Source of the DNA: Schizochytrium sp. TIO01
Lineage: Eukaryota; Protista; Bigyra: Labyrinthulomycetes
NCBI GenBank assembly: GCA_004764695.1
Contig: SMSO01000032.1
Location: 5,178,483-5,242,482 of the forward strand
DNA length: 64,000 nucleotides
Direction of reading: 5' to 3'
The notes under the pieces are model-generated. The model was not told the DNA's origin, searched no databases, and saw only the letters and a program-made list of their open reading frames with translations. How positions within the stretch are numbered: position 1 is the stretch's first letter; each line of letters starts with the position of its first letter. A program made the translations under genes and the position numbers. Shown here one piece after another: positions 52,790 through 63,108 of this stretch.

Positions 52790-53360
52790 ACGCGCCGGAC
52801 CCCATTATAAGGGAACCCGCACGTCGTGTGGGGTCACACGATGCCCACAGATGAGCGATGACGGAGGACGGGATGAACTGCGCGAGGGAGGCCAAGGCGG
52901 CGAAGCGTGCAGGCGTGTGCTCCTCGACAGGGACCGCCTCGAAAAAGCCCATGCACGTCTTCAAGATCGCAGTCGCTTTCTTGGAAAGATCTGCCCAACG
53001 CGAAGGTTCGATCTCCGGTCGGTTCCCTTGTTCAAAGTCCGCCTGACTCAGATTAGATACCTTAGGTGCGCACATACATCTTCGCAGAATGGATTCTCTC
53101 GCAGCACGAAGAAAACAAAAACGCGCCGCTGCAGCACGTGCAGATGGCTAGCTTCCTGTTGGCATGGATAGCACTGCCCTTGGACACCTGCGATGGTTTT
53201 GGTTTTCGCAACATCCTCGCATGCATGAATGCAAGCAAATACCTGCTCAAGCCTGGCAGGTGAGATGGCAAGCGAGCTGCACGAGGCATGGGATGCTCTG
53301 AATCGCTCGGTTCAGATCGATACCGAGTGGCTGCCCATCTTCGAGGTGCACACATGCAAG
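52790..53360 (+). mobile_element. Possible decayed hAT-like DNA transposase fragment
   Basis: Frameshifted segments MASFLLAWIALPLDTCDGFGFRNILACMNASKYLLKPGR / EMASELHEAWDAL...IDTEW resemble the hAT LPF.VE..GFR.LL..L.P.Y..PSR...D.W region. No TIRs identified. Confidence 0.35.
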
Positions 53361-54337
53361 AATGTCAGCATTGAAAGTCGAGATCGAACATTCAAAGCTG
53401 AAAGTGATGGAGAAACCTGCCCGCCTGCCTACCTATTTACCTACCTTGGAAACTAGACAGGAAGCAGGAGGTTGATTGTGTAAAAGCAAAAGGACGCACA
53501 CCTTAAAGCAGAGGAGGAATGAGGAAAGTAGATGGAATGCGATTTTGTGTCTCCTGCCTGTGATGAACTTCATCGCAACCTAGAGATTCCTGCCTCGCTG
53601 TGCAAAAGTTGGTTGCAAATGGTCGAGGCTTGGAGCTTTAGGGGCGGCGCGTGCAGAAACGAGGCACGAGTGTGGGAGATAAATAAATAAACAACTATAA
53701 AACTGCTTCGATGAGGAGTGAAGTACATACACTCTAAGCGGAGGTGATTGATTTCAGGATACCTAATGGTCTGGCGGTAAATGAGTCCTAATAGGCTGAA
53801 AAGTTGAATCGAGAAAATGAAAAAAAGGTTTTATATCGAGACACAACAGCTCAAGGTCCCATCGACGCTAGACATGATTCCCGGGAGCTCTACTTGCTTA
53901 AGAAAATATTGGACCCAGAGTTACCTGTAGGTTTCAATGTCAACTTCAAGCCAAGAAAGCTCTGGAAATGAAGACTACTGCATAAACGTCTGAAGTTGAT
54001 TTTTGTTAGCGCGCGCTGCACAGTAGAAATACTGAGAAGTTTGCGCACTTGCAATTAACCACGTATTTTACTGCTCAGAGCGAGACATACGTCAACATGA
54101 AAAGTAATAGCTGGGCTCCTTTGTGTACAAAACCTCCCTTCAGAAAAGCTTCTTAAAGGGGGGGGCGCCTTGTAAGAAGACGGACCCGACATTAAGAAAA
54201 ACGCTATTTTTTTTTTCTCTTTGATACCCTGTATGCTATAAAACTATCACTAGAGAGAGACAAAATGAAGTAGTACTTAGATTAAGGCATGCAATAGCAC
54301 GTTTCTGTGATACTTCAGATTGGAATTGCAGGATTGA

Positions 54338-54351
54338 AGCAAAACCAAAAC
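54338..54351 (+). promoter_or_regulatory. Putative promoter/5' leader motif AGCAAAACCAAAAC
   Basis: Ends 73 bp upstream of ATG 54424; an identical 14-mer lies upstream of the divergent MFS gene. Confidence 0.4.
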
Positions 54352-54423
54352 TCTAAACCGCAAGGTCTAGACTAAAACAGACTCGAATCTGAGTATATAG
54401 TAAACAGATTAAATTAGAACAGT

Positions 54424-55197
54424 ATGGCCCCCTTCGCCTTCCTTGCGATTGCCTTTGCTCTTCTTGGCTTTGCCAAAGCTGAAGAGAGCAGTGGTGAGGC
54501 TTGCTATGTTCTGAGTACGCATGCAATCTACTGCGCAGTCAATGAGACCACTTGCACCGCTGGCAACCCAGAAACTGGAATGCCTTCCTTTATTCACCTT
54601 GATGAGGGCTACTTGTATGATGGCTGCTGTGTTTGTTGCAATGGCTGCAATCATACTCTTGAGACTGGTTCTGATTGCGGAACGTACTATGTTGACGGCG
54701 AATGCGGTCATGAAGGTGGACCATCTGAAGATAGCATCTTTTACGAAGGAGAAACCAGCTCTAACAGCACTGATGGATCTGGAGACAGTAATTCTACGAG
54801 TACTAACACTACCAGCGACATTGGTGCAGGCGATAACGCTGGATCTTGCTACAGCGTTTCGGATCATTCCGTATACTGTGCCGTAGACCAGACAACTTGC
54901 GAATCTGGAAACACTGAAGACAGCTACCTTTACGCCTGGTATGAACCGGGCTACATTTCCACTGCAGTGCAGTCTGACGGTTACGGGTGCTGCCATTGCT
55001 GTGGTGGCTGTAACCACACAGCTGAGTACGGCACCAATTGTTCCACTCATTACTACCCTGATGGCGAATGTGGGCATGATGGTGGCCCGTCGGAGGACAG
55101 CCCTTACTATGAAAGCACCACTGCTACACCATCTTCTGCTGTGCGAAACACCATGAGTGCTGCTTTTCTCTTTCTTTCTGCTGTTCTTCTGTTGTAA
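54424..55197 (+). CDS. Secreted, probably GPI-anchored, acidic Cys/His-rich protein with two internal repeats (257 aa)
   Basis: Signal peptide MAPFAFLAIAFALLGFAKA; two ~85-aa repeats CY..S.H..YCAV..TTC..GN.E...CC.CC.GCNHT.E.G..C...Y.DGECGH.GGPSEDS..YE; S/T linker; C-terminal small-residue site plus hydrophobic tail. Confidence 0.9.
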   Translation: MAPFAFLAIAFALLGFAKAEESSGEACYVLSTHAIYCAVNETTCTAGNPETGMPSFIHLDEGYLYDGCCVCCNGCNHTLETGSDCGTYYVDGECGHEGGPSEDSIFYEGETSSNSTDGSGDSNSTSTNTTSDIGAGDNAGSCYSVSDHSVYCAVDQTTCESGNTEDSYLYAWYEPGYISTAVQSDGYGCCHCCGGCNHTAEYGTNCSTHYYPDGECGHDGGPSEDSPYYESTTATPSSAVRNTMSAAFLFLSAVLLL

Positions 55198-55975
55198 GTG
55201 CTAGCATGCCACATTGCATGTTTTAAGTTGTTCTGCGTTTTCACCATTCTACCTTTTGCCGCACTTCTGCGCTTGTTAGGGCGAGGGGGTTTGGGTAAAG
55301 AATAAGGCAATATACTGTTTTTGGATTTTGTACTTCATGATTTTTTCAGACTTATTGTCTTGCATACTGAAACTCTTGCTTTTTTTGGAGAAGCTCTTGT
55401 GAATGAAGTCCTGCTTTGGTAAAGTAAGATGATGTTGGCCGTCCAAACTATTAAAGTTGTTATCATTTACAGTTGGTAGTGATGCAACCCTTACACTTGA
55501 AGAAATATTGAAACAGCAGATAAGATCATGCCATAGAACCATGGTCGACGATCAGTTCGAATAACAAAATAATTAAATACAACTGCGCAGACCTAATGTC
55601 ATATAAGGATCTCGAGCTCGCTCTTAGGAATTTCCATCGATACAGGCCAGACACGAACTGTAAATTCAAATAGATTGCTCCAGGAATCATATACTAGGCA
55701 GGTGCTCACTAGTAAATTGAAGTACTTTGAGAAAACATGCAATCGAGCTCGGTCAATCACCAAGCAAAGTACCATTTCAATATCCATAGATATGACAAAT
55801 TCCTGGTGGATTTCAACTATTATTGAAGATAAACTTTTGCAGAAAATTTCCTTACAGCATTCCTTGGCCGAGTGGAATCAAGTCTTAGTACCTGTTCTTG
55901 TATTACTAAAGTCTCGACTATATATTTATCAATATATATATAGTAAAATGTGCCAACATTAAAGCATAAGTGTTT

Positions 55976-56212
55976 ATGAGCGTCAAGGAGCACGAGCTCC
56001 CGGATCGGAGTCCTAATGTTTCTGGTATACGTGCGTTCTGGGTCCTGTCGAGGCGCCAAGTCTGCAATGTCAAGATCGTGATGGACGCCATTGACGAGCT
56101 CGTGCTCACGCACGTGCTTCCTCGGACGCAGACGTGGCTAAATCACATCGAGTTTGGCAGTACGTTTCCCTGTCACACAATATCTCTACTGCAGGGACCT
56201 GTTGCTTTTTAA
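55976..56212 (+). pseudogene. Possible degenerate Eco1/ESCO-type acetyltransferase C-terminal fragment
   Basis: GC3-rich short ORF containing SGIRAFWVLSRRQ....IVMDAI, resembling the Eco1 GI(R/S)(A/R)IWV...RR.GIA..LLD motif. No N-terminal part seen. Confidence 0.3.
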
Positions 56213-56640
56213 GATCAGGCAACCGATGCAGTCTCCTCAACGGATGACAGAACGCTGTGCGAGCCGACGCTGCTCTTGGCAACGGCGACAATGATGGGTG
56301 GGAGGGACGAATACAGGTTTCCGAGTGCAAACTAGAAGAACTCATCTTATCCTGCTTTGTGGTGTTGCCTGGCCTACCTTGGATTGGGGGAGCAACTGCA
56401 TTGGGTTGACTTATTTCATCAATTTTTTGAATGAAATATGGGTCTGTCGCACGTTCTGATCAAATTACAAAACTATAGGAGGCGCTAGTTGCACTGCGAG
56501 GAAGGCTTGTATGTAAGGAATATTTGGGGAAATACTGAGTGACTAACAGTTCTAGGCTTTTTACAATGGTACTATCGTACGAATTCTTGAATACATCGAA
56601 ATAATTTTATTCTGTCTTGCCAAAATCGTCTGCTGATGAC

Positions 56641-57741
56641 ATGCCATATACAGGATTCCGACCTTTCGTTGTGAGCCTTGTGATTTGTTTGAATGTCACT
56701 CTTTTGTGGTGCAACCTCGTGTTTTTTGTTTATAACTCTACCACCGAAGCGGTCCTATCAAGCTGGAGCCCAGTGCTCGTCCCGCCAATTCTAGGTCGGA
56801 TATCCCAAAGCGTTTCCCCAGAATATAATCCCTCTGTGTTTGGTAGTAGCATTTTGATTCGTGGAAATGCAGGGCAACTACATGAAGACAGTGAGCATCC
56901 TGATGCAGTAGAGTATGAGGACGAGGAGGATCAACTTTTTTACGATGAAAAGTCACTTGTTGAAGAGGTAGAGCATGCAAGACTTGCACAACGCTTTGGC
57001 AAATATATTGGTGCAGTGTCAAATTTACGTCCAGGTTTGGTTTTACTCGCAGATCATCCACATCTGCCACCATCCCAAGCAAGCCCATCCAAAAAGAGGC
57101 AAGCAGACCGATCTAGCTTCGGGCAAGAAAAGGAAGTATCTAATAAAATTGAAGACACTTCTGAGGATGGTTCAATAGATATACTTTCGTTACATCACCC
57201 ATTTCAAGCAGATGTTATCCTCCTTACAGCGCATGGAGGTGACAAACCGTCCGTCGGCTTTGTTATGAATTCTAAACTACCCGAGGCTGAGTCAAAACAA
57301 GCACGTGAAATGCTCCGGGAAAATACAGATGCAAACATGTTTGATGGTTCTGAACGCCGTGACCTTGTCCGAGCTGCAATACGAGACCGGGGTCACCTCT
57401 GGCTTGGGGCAGGTGGGCCGTTACGGAATGCTGCTCATTTGTGGACTCACATTCATAACTGTAGTCATGTGAACGGAGCTCAAAAGCTCGCTAAAGGAGT
57501 TTACTGGAAAGGTGATATCCTTGAGCTTTTAATTGATGATACATGCTTCATCAAACTTTTGTATGGTTCAGCAGCCTGGAGTCCCGGGCAATTAGATTTG
57601 GAAATCATTAATGGTTTGTGGACACTTCGCAAAGCTGTCGATAAAACTGTTCTTGAACCCTCCGCGGATTCTAAGTTGAGCTTACTTCAAGCAACGATGC
57701 AACCCGAAGTTCCAACTCGATTGAAAGGATCGCCACCATGA
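56641..57741 (+). CDS. DUF179 (YqgE/AlgH-like) domain protein with N-terminal hydrophobic anchor; 5' end uncertain
   Basis: PGLVLLA, FQADVILL..H....SVGFVMN, GGP, GVYWKGD and YGSAAWSPGQLDLEI..GLW match the YqgE/AlgH motifs; N-terminal TM segment FVVSLVICLNVTLLWCNLVFFVY. A TACAG just after the ATG could instead be a splice acceptor. Confidence 0.8.
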   Translation: MPYTGFRPFVVSLVICLNVTLLWCNLVFFVYNSTTEAVLSSWSPVLVPPILGRISQSVSPEYNPSVFGSSILIRGNAGQLHEDSEHPDAVEYEDEEDQLFYDEKSLVEEVEHARLAQRFGKYIGAVSNLRPGLVLLADHPHLPPSQASPSKKRQADRSSFGQEKEVSNKIEDTSEDGSIDILSLHHPFQADVILLTAHGGDKPSVGFVMNSKLPEAESKQAREMLRENTDANMFDGSERRDLVRAAIRDRGHLWLGAGGPLRNAAHLWTHIHNCSHVNGAQKLAKGVYWKGDILELLIDDTCFIKLLYGSAAWSPGQLDLEIINGLWTLRKAVDKTVLEPSADSKLSLLQATMQPEVPTRLKGSPP

Positions 57742-59731
57742 ACTAAGTGATAGAGCTTATCCACATCAACAGCTAGATTATGGGAGCTTTCCATAACCGA
57801 CGCCACCTAAACTCCCGCTTCCTTCTTTTCTTTTCTTTTTTTTTCTCAAACTCTAAACAAGGAGCATTGTACAGTGAGAAGCGACGAGGTCCTTCATAGG
57901 ACCTTAAGGCGGACGCCCTTGTGCTGCAAGAAGCTAACAGTTACAGTTTAATATATATCCTGATTAAACTAGAATAATTTTATCTATTCGAGTTTTACAG
58001 TGCCATTTCACTTCAGAGACCTTCTTCCTGCAATCAAAAAGCATGACATTTCTTTTAAACCATCTCAACGTTGGGTTAGCAACCCGACTAGTACCTTCTC
58101 ATATTTACAACCTTTTGCTATTCCATTTTATCGTTTATGAATTGTAAAGAGCATGGCTCTTTCCATGACTTGAATCGGAGAATTGCATGTAGGCAGCGGA
58201 GAACATGTCTTTTCACTAAATTAGGCAAAGAATTTGGAAGGCACGTTTTATTTGGACTGAGAAAAGGGCCTGGGAAGAATTTAAAAAGAACCTTGTTAAT
58301 CTTGAATGCAAACTTGGCTGGCTTTGCTAATCTTGAAAGCTGATTTGATCTTAAGTTTTTGTTCCCTTCCAACGCGCTTGAGGAGCTCATTACGTGCAGG
58401 CAGGTCGTACAAGTCTTGAGTGTTTGGCCTATAGATTTAATCAGGAGCATCTGGGGGAAACGTGAAATACTTATCGGCAACACAAGTTGGGGTTTGGATT
58501 CTTTCATAGCTTTCACCAGGTGAAGAAGTGAACGAATGGCGAAGTCCATACAATTATGCAGTAAGCTCCTCTTGTTTTCTGCGAGGTAAAACTATCCCCG
58601 GCTTTGTTCAGAGTGCGAACGGTTTTGTAATCATTCTAGGTGACCGCAACCTGTCACCATGCACTTCCAGGGAGCGTCTATAAAAATAAGTGCAGTCGTC
58701 CTTGGTAAAATGGACCAGACTGTACATGCGTGTTACCTGGGCTGGGTGGTATATGAAACCAGGCTCTCCAATTTAGCGATTCGTGTAGTGCCAAATGTCT
58801 AGCAGGCGAGACGAAGCGTTTTTTATTGTTGGCTCATTAAGCACCGCAGTGAGTGTGGCAACTATCCTTCATTTAGTCTCGTTGCAACTTCACAATACCT
58901 AGAACTTGATGTTTTCTACTCATTGTTCTTAGGCGGGAGGGGAACGCTTCCTTCTTTAGGTCCCATCGGCCCAAGTATCTACTCTTATTTCCTTACATTG
59001 AAGGTTTCTGATTCTTAGTCTTGAGTAGGCAGTTTATTAAAAACAACATCATGTACAGCAACAATGAAAGAAAGCACAAGAAATTTCACTGAAGGAATGC
59101 CTAGTATTTTGGTGTTTTCCTTTAGCATACGTGGAATATAGAGGAAGCTTGTGAGAGCTATGCCCACACGAAGCCCTATGTAAAGAGCAGAACTATTCTT
59201 ATTCACCATGCCTTTTATATTCAAACTTTCCCTTGATGAGAGTCTATGCACCTTTTGGATCTTGGCTTTTCAAACTCTTCAAGTTGAGAAAATGGACTTT
59301 CACATTATTTACCATAACATTCTTGTCACCCTTGATACCCTTGGTCATAACATCACAGACGTCGCAAGTGAAGCGCCTTGCCATTCTTAAATGATCCAGT
59401 ACATAGAGGCATACCCTTTTGCTTGAACTTTTGGGGTTAGGTTTTCCATGTTGGCCATGTGGGTTTACTACTCAACATTCTTCATTTAAAAAATTAAAAA
59501 AAAAGCCTGAGACATCCATTATCGAAGTAGCAAAAAAGAAGAGGGGAAATTTATAACTTGCAATTCAAAGCATAATATGCAAATACTCCACGCACATATA
59601 TCTCATCAAAACAATCCTGATAAAATGGTTTCAATAACTTTTAATAGAAGATAAAAAAGAAAACGTTGAAGCGTATCGAAAATGAGTTTAGGAACTACTA
59701 CTACTAGGAAATTTCTTTTCAGAAACTTTGC

Positions 59732-61060
59732 TCATGACGAACCATCAAGCGCCTTACGCACCCATTCATCAAAGTACAGCTCTTCCTTGTTCTCTTCATC
59801 TGTACGACCACTATCGAACGGATTGGCCGCAACAAAAGCTGGGACGCCTTTAAAGTCCGGGCTTTGTGCAGCATTTGCAAGGTTCTCCAAATATCCGCGC
59901 ATATTTCCGCCAGGGGCGAGAGACTTGTCAGTAAGGTCACCAATACGCCAGTCCTTCGGGTGGATAGCCGTATTAGCAGGGTTCCGAGCTGCCTTGTAAA
60001 GAGAATCATCCACAAGCAAGGTGTCTTGCGGGCCGTGCTGAGGGAAGTTCTTCCAGACTCGCTCAAGTTCTTTAATGAAAAGAGGGCGGTCCGGGTCATC
60101 GGGCCACTGAGCGGCAACCACGCAGTCACTCTGGTCCATGATACCCAAGATCGACTCTTGCTCCTTCGGGCTCAAAATGGAGTTCCTTTTCGAGTTTGTC
60201 AGCACCACACGAAGCATGTGATTGATGTTATCCCGCCGCGCTGATGACCAGATCACCACATCAAACTTCGCAGCAAGGAACTTAATAAAATCCTCAGCAA
60301 AAGGTCTTTTCCACGCATAGTACAGCTTTCCTGCAGGATACGGACCTCCCGGGCGGTTCAATTGTGCCAGCTGGGCTTGAGTGATTTGCTGCTTTTTCAC
60401 ACGGCGTACAACCAATCCGTTCAGGTCCAGAACTATCAATGGTCGAACAGCAGCGCCGCCTAGACGCGTGTTCTCAAGCGAGTTCGCAAGAGCATCCACG
60501 TCCCCAGAAGCAGACGTGGACAGAGATCGCGAGCTCGAGACCTTTCGAGTAGGGTTGTTGATAAAGCCGTTCATCGAGTTAGAGCTCGAAACACTGCCGT
60601 TGGCGCTAGAAAGTGAGGAAGAGGGCCATACAGGGTCGGGTAATCTAGAAGACGGCTTGAGAACAATGACCTCTTCATCATCAGAGGCGCCATCACCGTG
60701 CCAGCCGGCTGCGTCGCATGAGGTCCATGAACTCATTTCACGAGCAGAAGAGCAAGTTTTGGGGGAAAGCGGGCGTGCAGTGGAGGAAAGTAAACGCCCT
60801 GGGAGCACGGAGAAGGCCGCAAGTGCGCAGACTGATGAGGAGAGAGAAGATAAAGAGGAGGAAGACGGCCTCTTCAGGGAAGGTGACGAAGATGGCGATG
60901 CTAACCACGACAACGACCTGGCGCCCAGGAGCGACCAGGCGCTCGGAGGCGCGGTAACGGCGGCAGATAAAGGACTCTTTGACCTTATGGAGGTATAGCG
61001 TGAACAAACGCGGGCTCCAGCACGCCACGCACGGGCGGAGGCGGCCAAGGATAGACTCAT
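59732..61060 (-). CDS. FCP1/NIF-like HAD-superfamily phosphatase domain protein with putative mitochondrial targeting peptide
   Basis: LIVLDLNGLVV, KRPFAEDFIKF, VVIWSSA, PLFIKELERVW and TLLVDDSLYKAARNP. Arg/Ser/Ala-rich N-terminus from ATG 61060. Confidence 0.85.
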   Translation of the reverse strand: MSLSLAASARAWRAGARVCSRYTSIRSKSPLSAAVTAPPSAWSLLGARSLSWLASPSSSPSLKRPSSSSLSSLSSSVCALAAFSVLPGRLLSSTARPLSPKTCSSAREMSSWTSCDAAGWHGDGASDDEEVIVLKPSSRLPDPVWPSSSLSSANGSVSSSNSMNGFINNPTRKVSSSRSLSTSASGDVDALANSLENTRLGGAAVRPLIVLDLNGLVVRRVKKQQITQAQLAQLNRPGGPYPAGKLYYAWKRPFAEDFIKFLAAKFDVVIWSSARRDNINHMLRVVLTNSKRNSILSPKEQESILGIMDQSDCVVAAQWPDDPDRPLFIKELERVWKNFPQHGPQDTLLVDDSLYKAARNPANTAIHPKDWRIGDLTDKSLAPGGNMRGYLENLANAAQSPDFKGVPAFVAANPFDSGRTDEENKEELYFDEWVRKALDGSS

Positions 61061-61625
61061 CAGATTTGCTTTGCCCTTGCTGAGGCTGGCGCTCTTTTGA
61101 TTGAAAAAGTAAAAACTTTTCAGTCTCCCTCTGTACTTCATTAAGGTGCTGTTGGCCTCTATGTGCCTCATACCATTTACTATAGTCTCAAAGTCCTACC
61201 GGAAAATAGTAAGTACTGCTCTTAAATAGATATTTTTGCAAAGTTTTTATTAGAAAAGAATATATGTTTAATTAAAAAAAAACAAAAAAACGATCTTAGT
61301 AACCTTACCTGAAACGTTTATATAGCTATGCTGTCGTAAAGATAAAAATAAATCCTCGCTGCGGTGTTCGTTCCGTTCTTTCAGGATTTAAGTGCTATAG
61401 AAGGTTGATAAATTGACACGAAGAGAACGGGTCTGTCTCAACGGCACTTTTTATTTTGCACAAGTGGTGACATACATACACATCTTGGTCGTGTAAGAAA
61501 GCGGAATGCAAGAATTGGGAATAGAGAAGCAATATTAGATGTATATCAGAGGTTTTGTTCGCAGTTGCAGTAGCAGATTCGTGGATTGAAGAGCAAAAGT
61601 CAGTCTTCGCAGGGAGCTTGAGACT

Positions 61626-62604
61626 ATGATTGCGTGTGAAGAAATTCTGGCACAGAGGTTTGCCCATGATGACCGCGTATTTGTAAGTCAATGTCTGAGA
61701 AAACGTAAATAGCGACATAGCTCGTGATGTGCAGAAAGAACTTACAGGCTGGCCCTTTACGAGCCATTGTATCGTGCGGGATAATTATACGCAGGTAAAC
61801 AAGAGACCGTTGTCACGCCGCGAGCGGCATGCATCAAAAGATAAGGAATCCAAGGAAAAGGCTCTCCTGGAGCAGGTAAGTTGAATTTCGATATTCTTGG
61901 CACCTTCGTAAACCCTTCGTGACTAACACCCTGATTGTTCTCCTTTGCTGCTTGATTACGATTCAATAATAATATTTACACAGAGACCACCTGTGAAGGG
62001 GCAGCGCTACATTAATTACGGTCGAAGTATCGCTTCTGCTCAAGCAGGAACAGTAGCGTAAGTCAAACTCTAGTTCGGCCTATAAGGTATAACCAAACAG
62101 AAAAGCTGACTCAAATTGTTTTACAAACTCATGTCTATATACAGCTACATTACGGAGCAAGACCGATTCATTACAGATTTTGCAGCGGAGGAGAAGCGGC
62201 GTCGTGAAGAGCAAACGCGTCTCCGAGACATGCAATTGACCACAAGGCGATCCAAAAATGTGGCTGCTGAAGAACAGCGCTGGAAGAAGATAGAAGGTGA
62301 ATGGTCCGAACGGGAGGCACGTGAAGCAACGCGCAAGAGCCGTGCAGTTCCTCGTAATGGAAACAGTGTGCCTTATAATCCTCTTACTCTCCAGTACGAG
62401 CCGACCCAAGCCGGTGATATGCTTCGCTTTACAGATGACCAAATCAGATTCCGTGCTGCTTTGCGTGCAGAACGCCTTCGTTACCATGAGGCAAAAGAAG
62501 GTTTTAATCCGATCACTGGTGAGGCAATGCGGCCAGTTCAAATGCCAAAGGAACCTCAGCCACCAGTTGGGATAGAACAGCCGTCATCGGGCCGTCCGTT
62601 CTAG
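61626..62604 (+). CDS. Multi-exon hypothetical coiled-coil protein with PYNPLT/GFNPITGE motifs (exons ~61626-61682, 61795-61875, 61984-62057, 62145-62604; about 223 aa)
   Basis: Introns 61876-61983 (GTAAGT, GACTAAC, CAG) and 62058-62144 (GTAAGT, GCTGAC, TACAG) join in frame. First exon and intron 61683-61794 are less certain. Confidence 0.7.
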
Positions 62605-63108
62605 GCGAACTTACCTTTAAAGTGGTACATTTATTCAGACACCTCTGACCAATCTTGATATCTCTACAACTGTATCTTTGTCTTTGCTTTGACTTTTTTG
62701 TACAAATTATTACCTTGTTGGAGGCTGAGGCTGTTGATTATGACATTGAACCATGAAGTACAGAACTGCACGAGTTTTCAAGAGTTTTGTTCGTCTGATC
62801 CTTGTCACATTACCTCATTATCTGTTTTATGATATAATGCCAACCATACATGTATCCAAATTAATTTCATTAAAAAGAGAAAAGAAAAAAATCTTTATTT
62901 GTCTCAGGACATAATTATCGATGGTTTCTCGTTGTTTGGGTTTGCAGAAGTATGTTGACTCTGAAGTCAGTCTGAAATTAGTAGAAGGGTTTGTCAGTTT
63001 TTCGTTATGAGTAGAATAGAGAAACGGTTGAGTTTCTTTCAACAGGTTGTAGGGTTCAATATTCCTACTGAAGGTTATAGCTTGTAAATACCAAGATCAC
63101 TCTCATAT

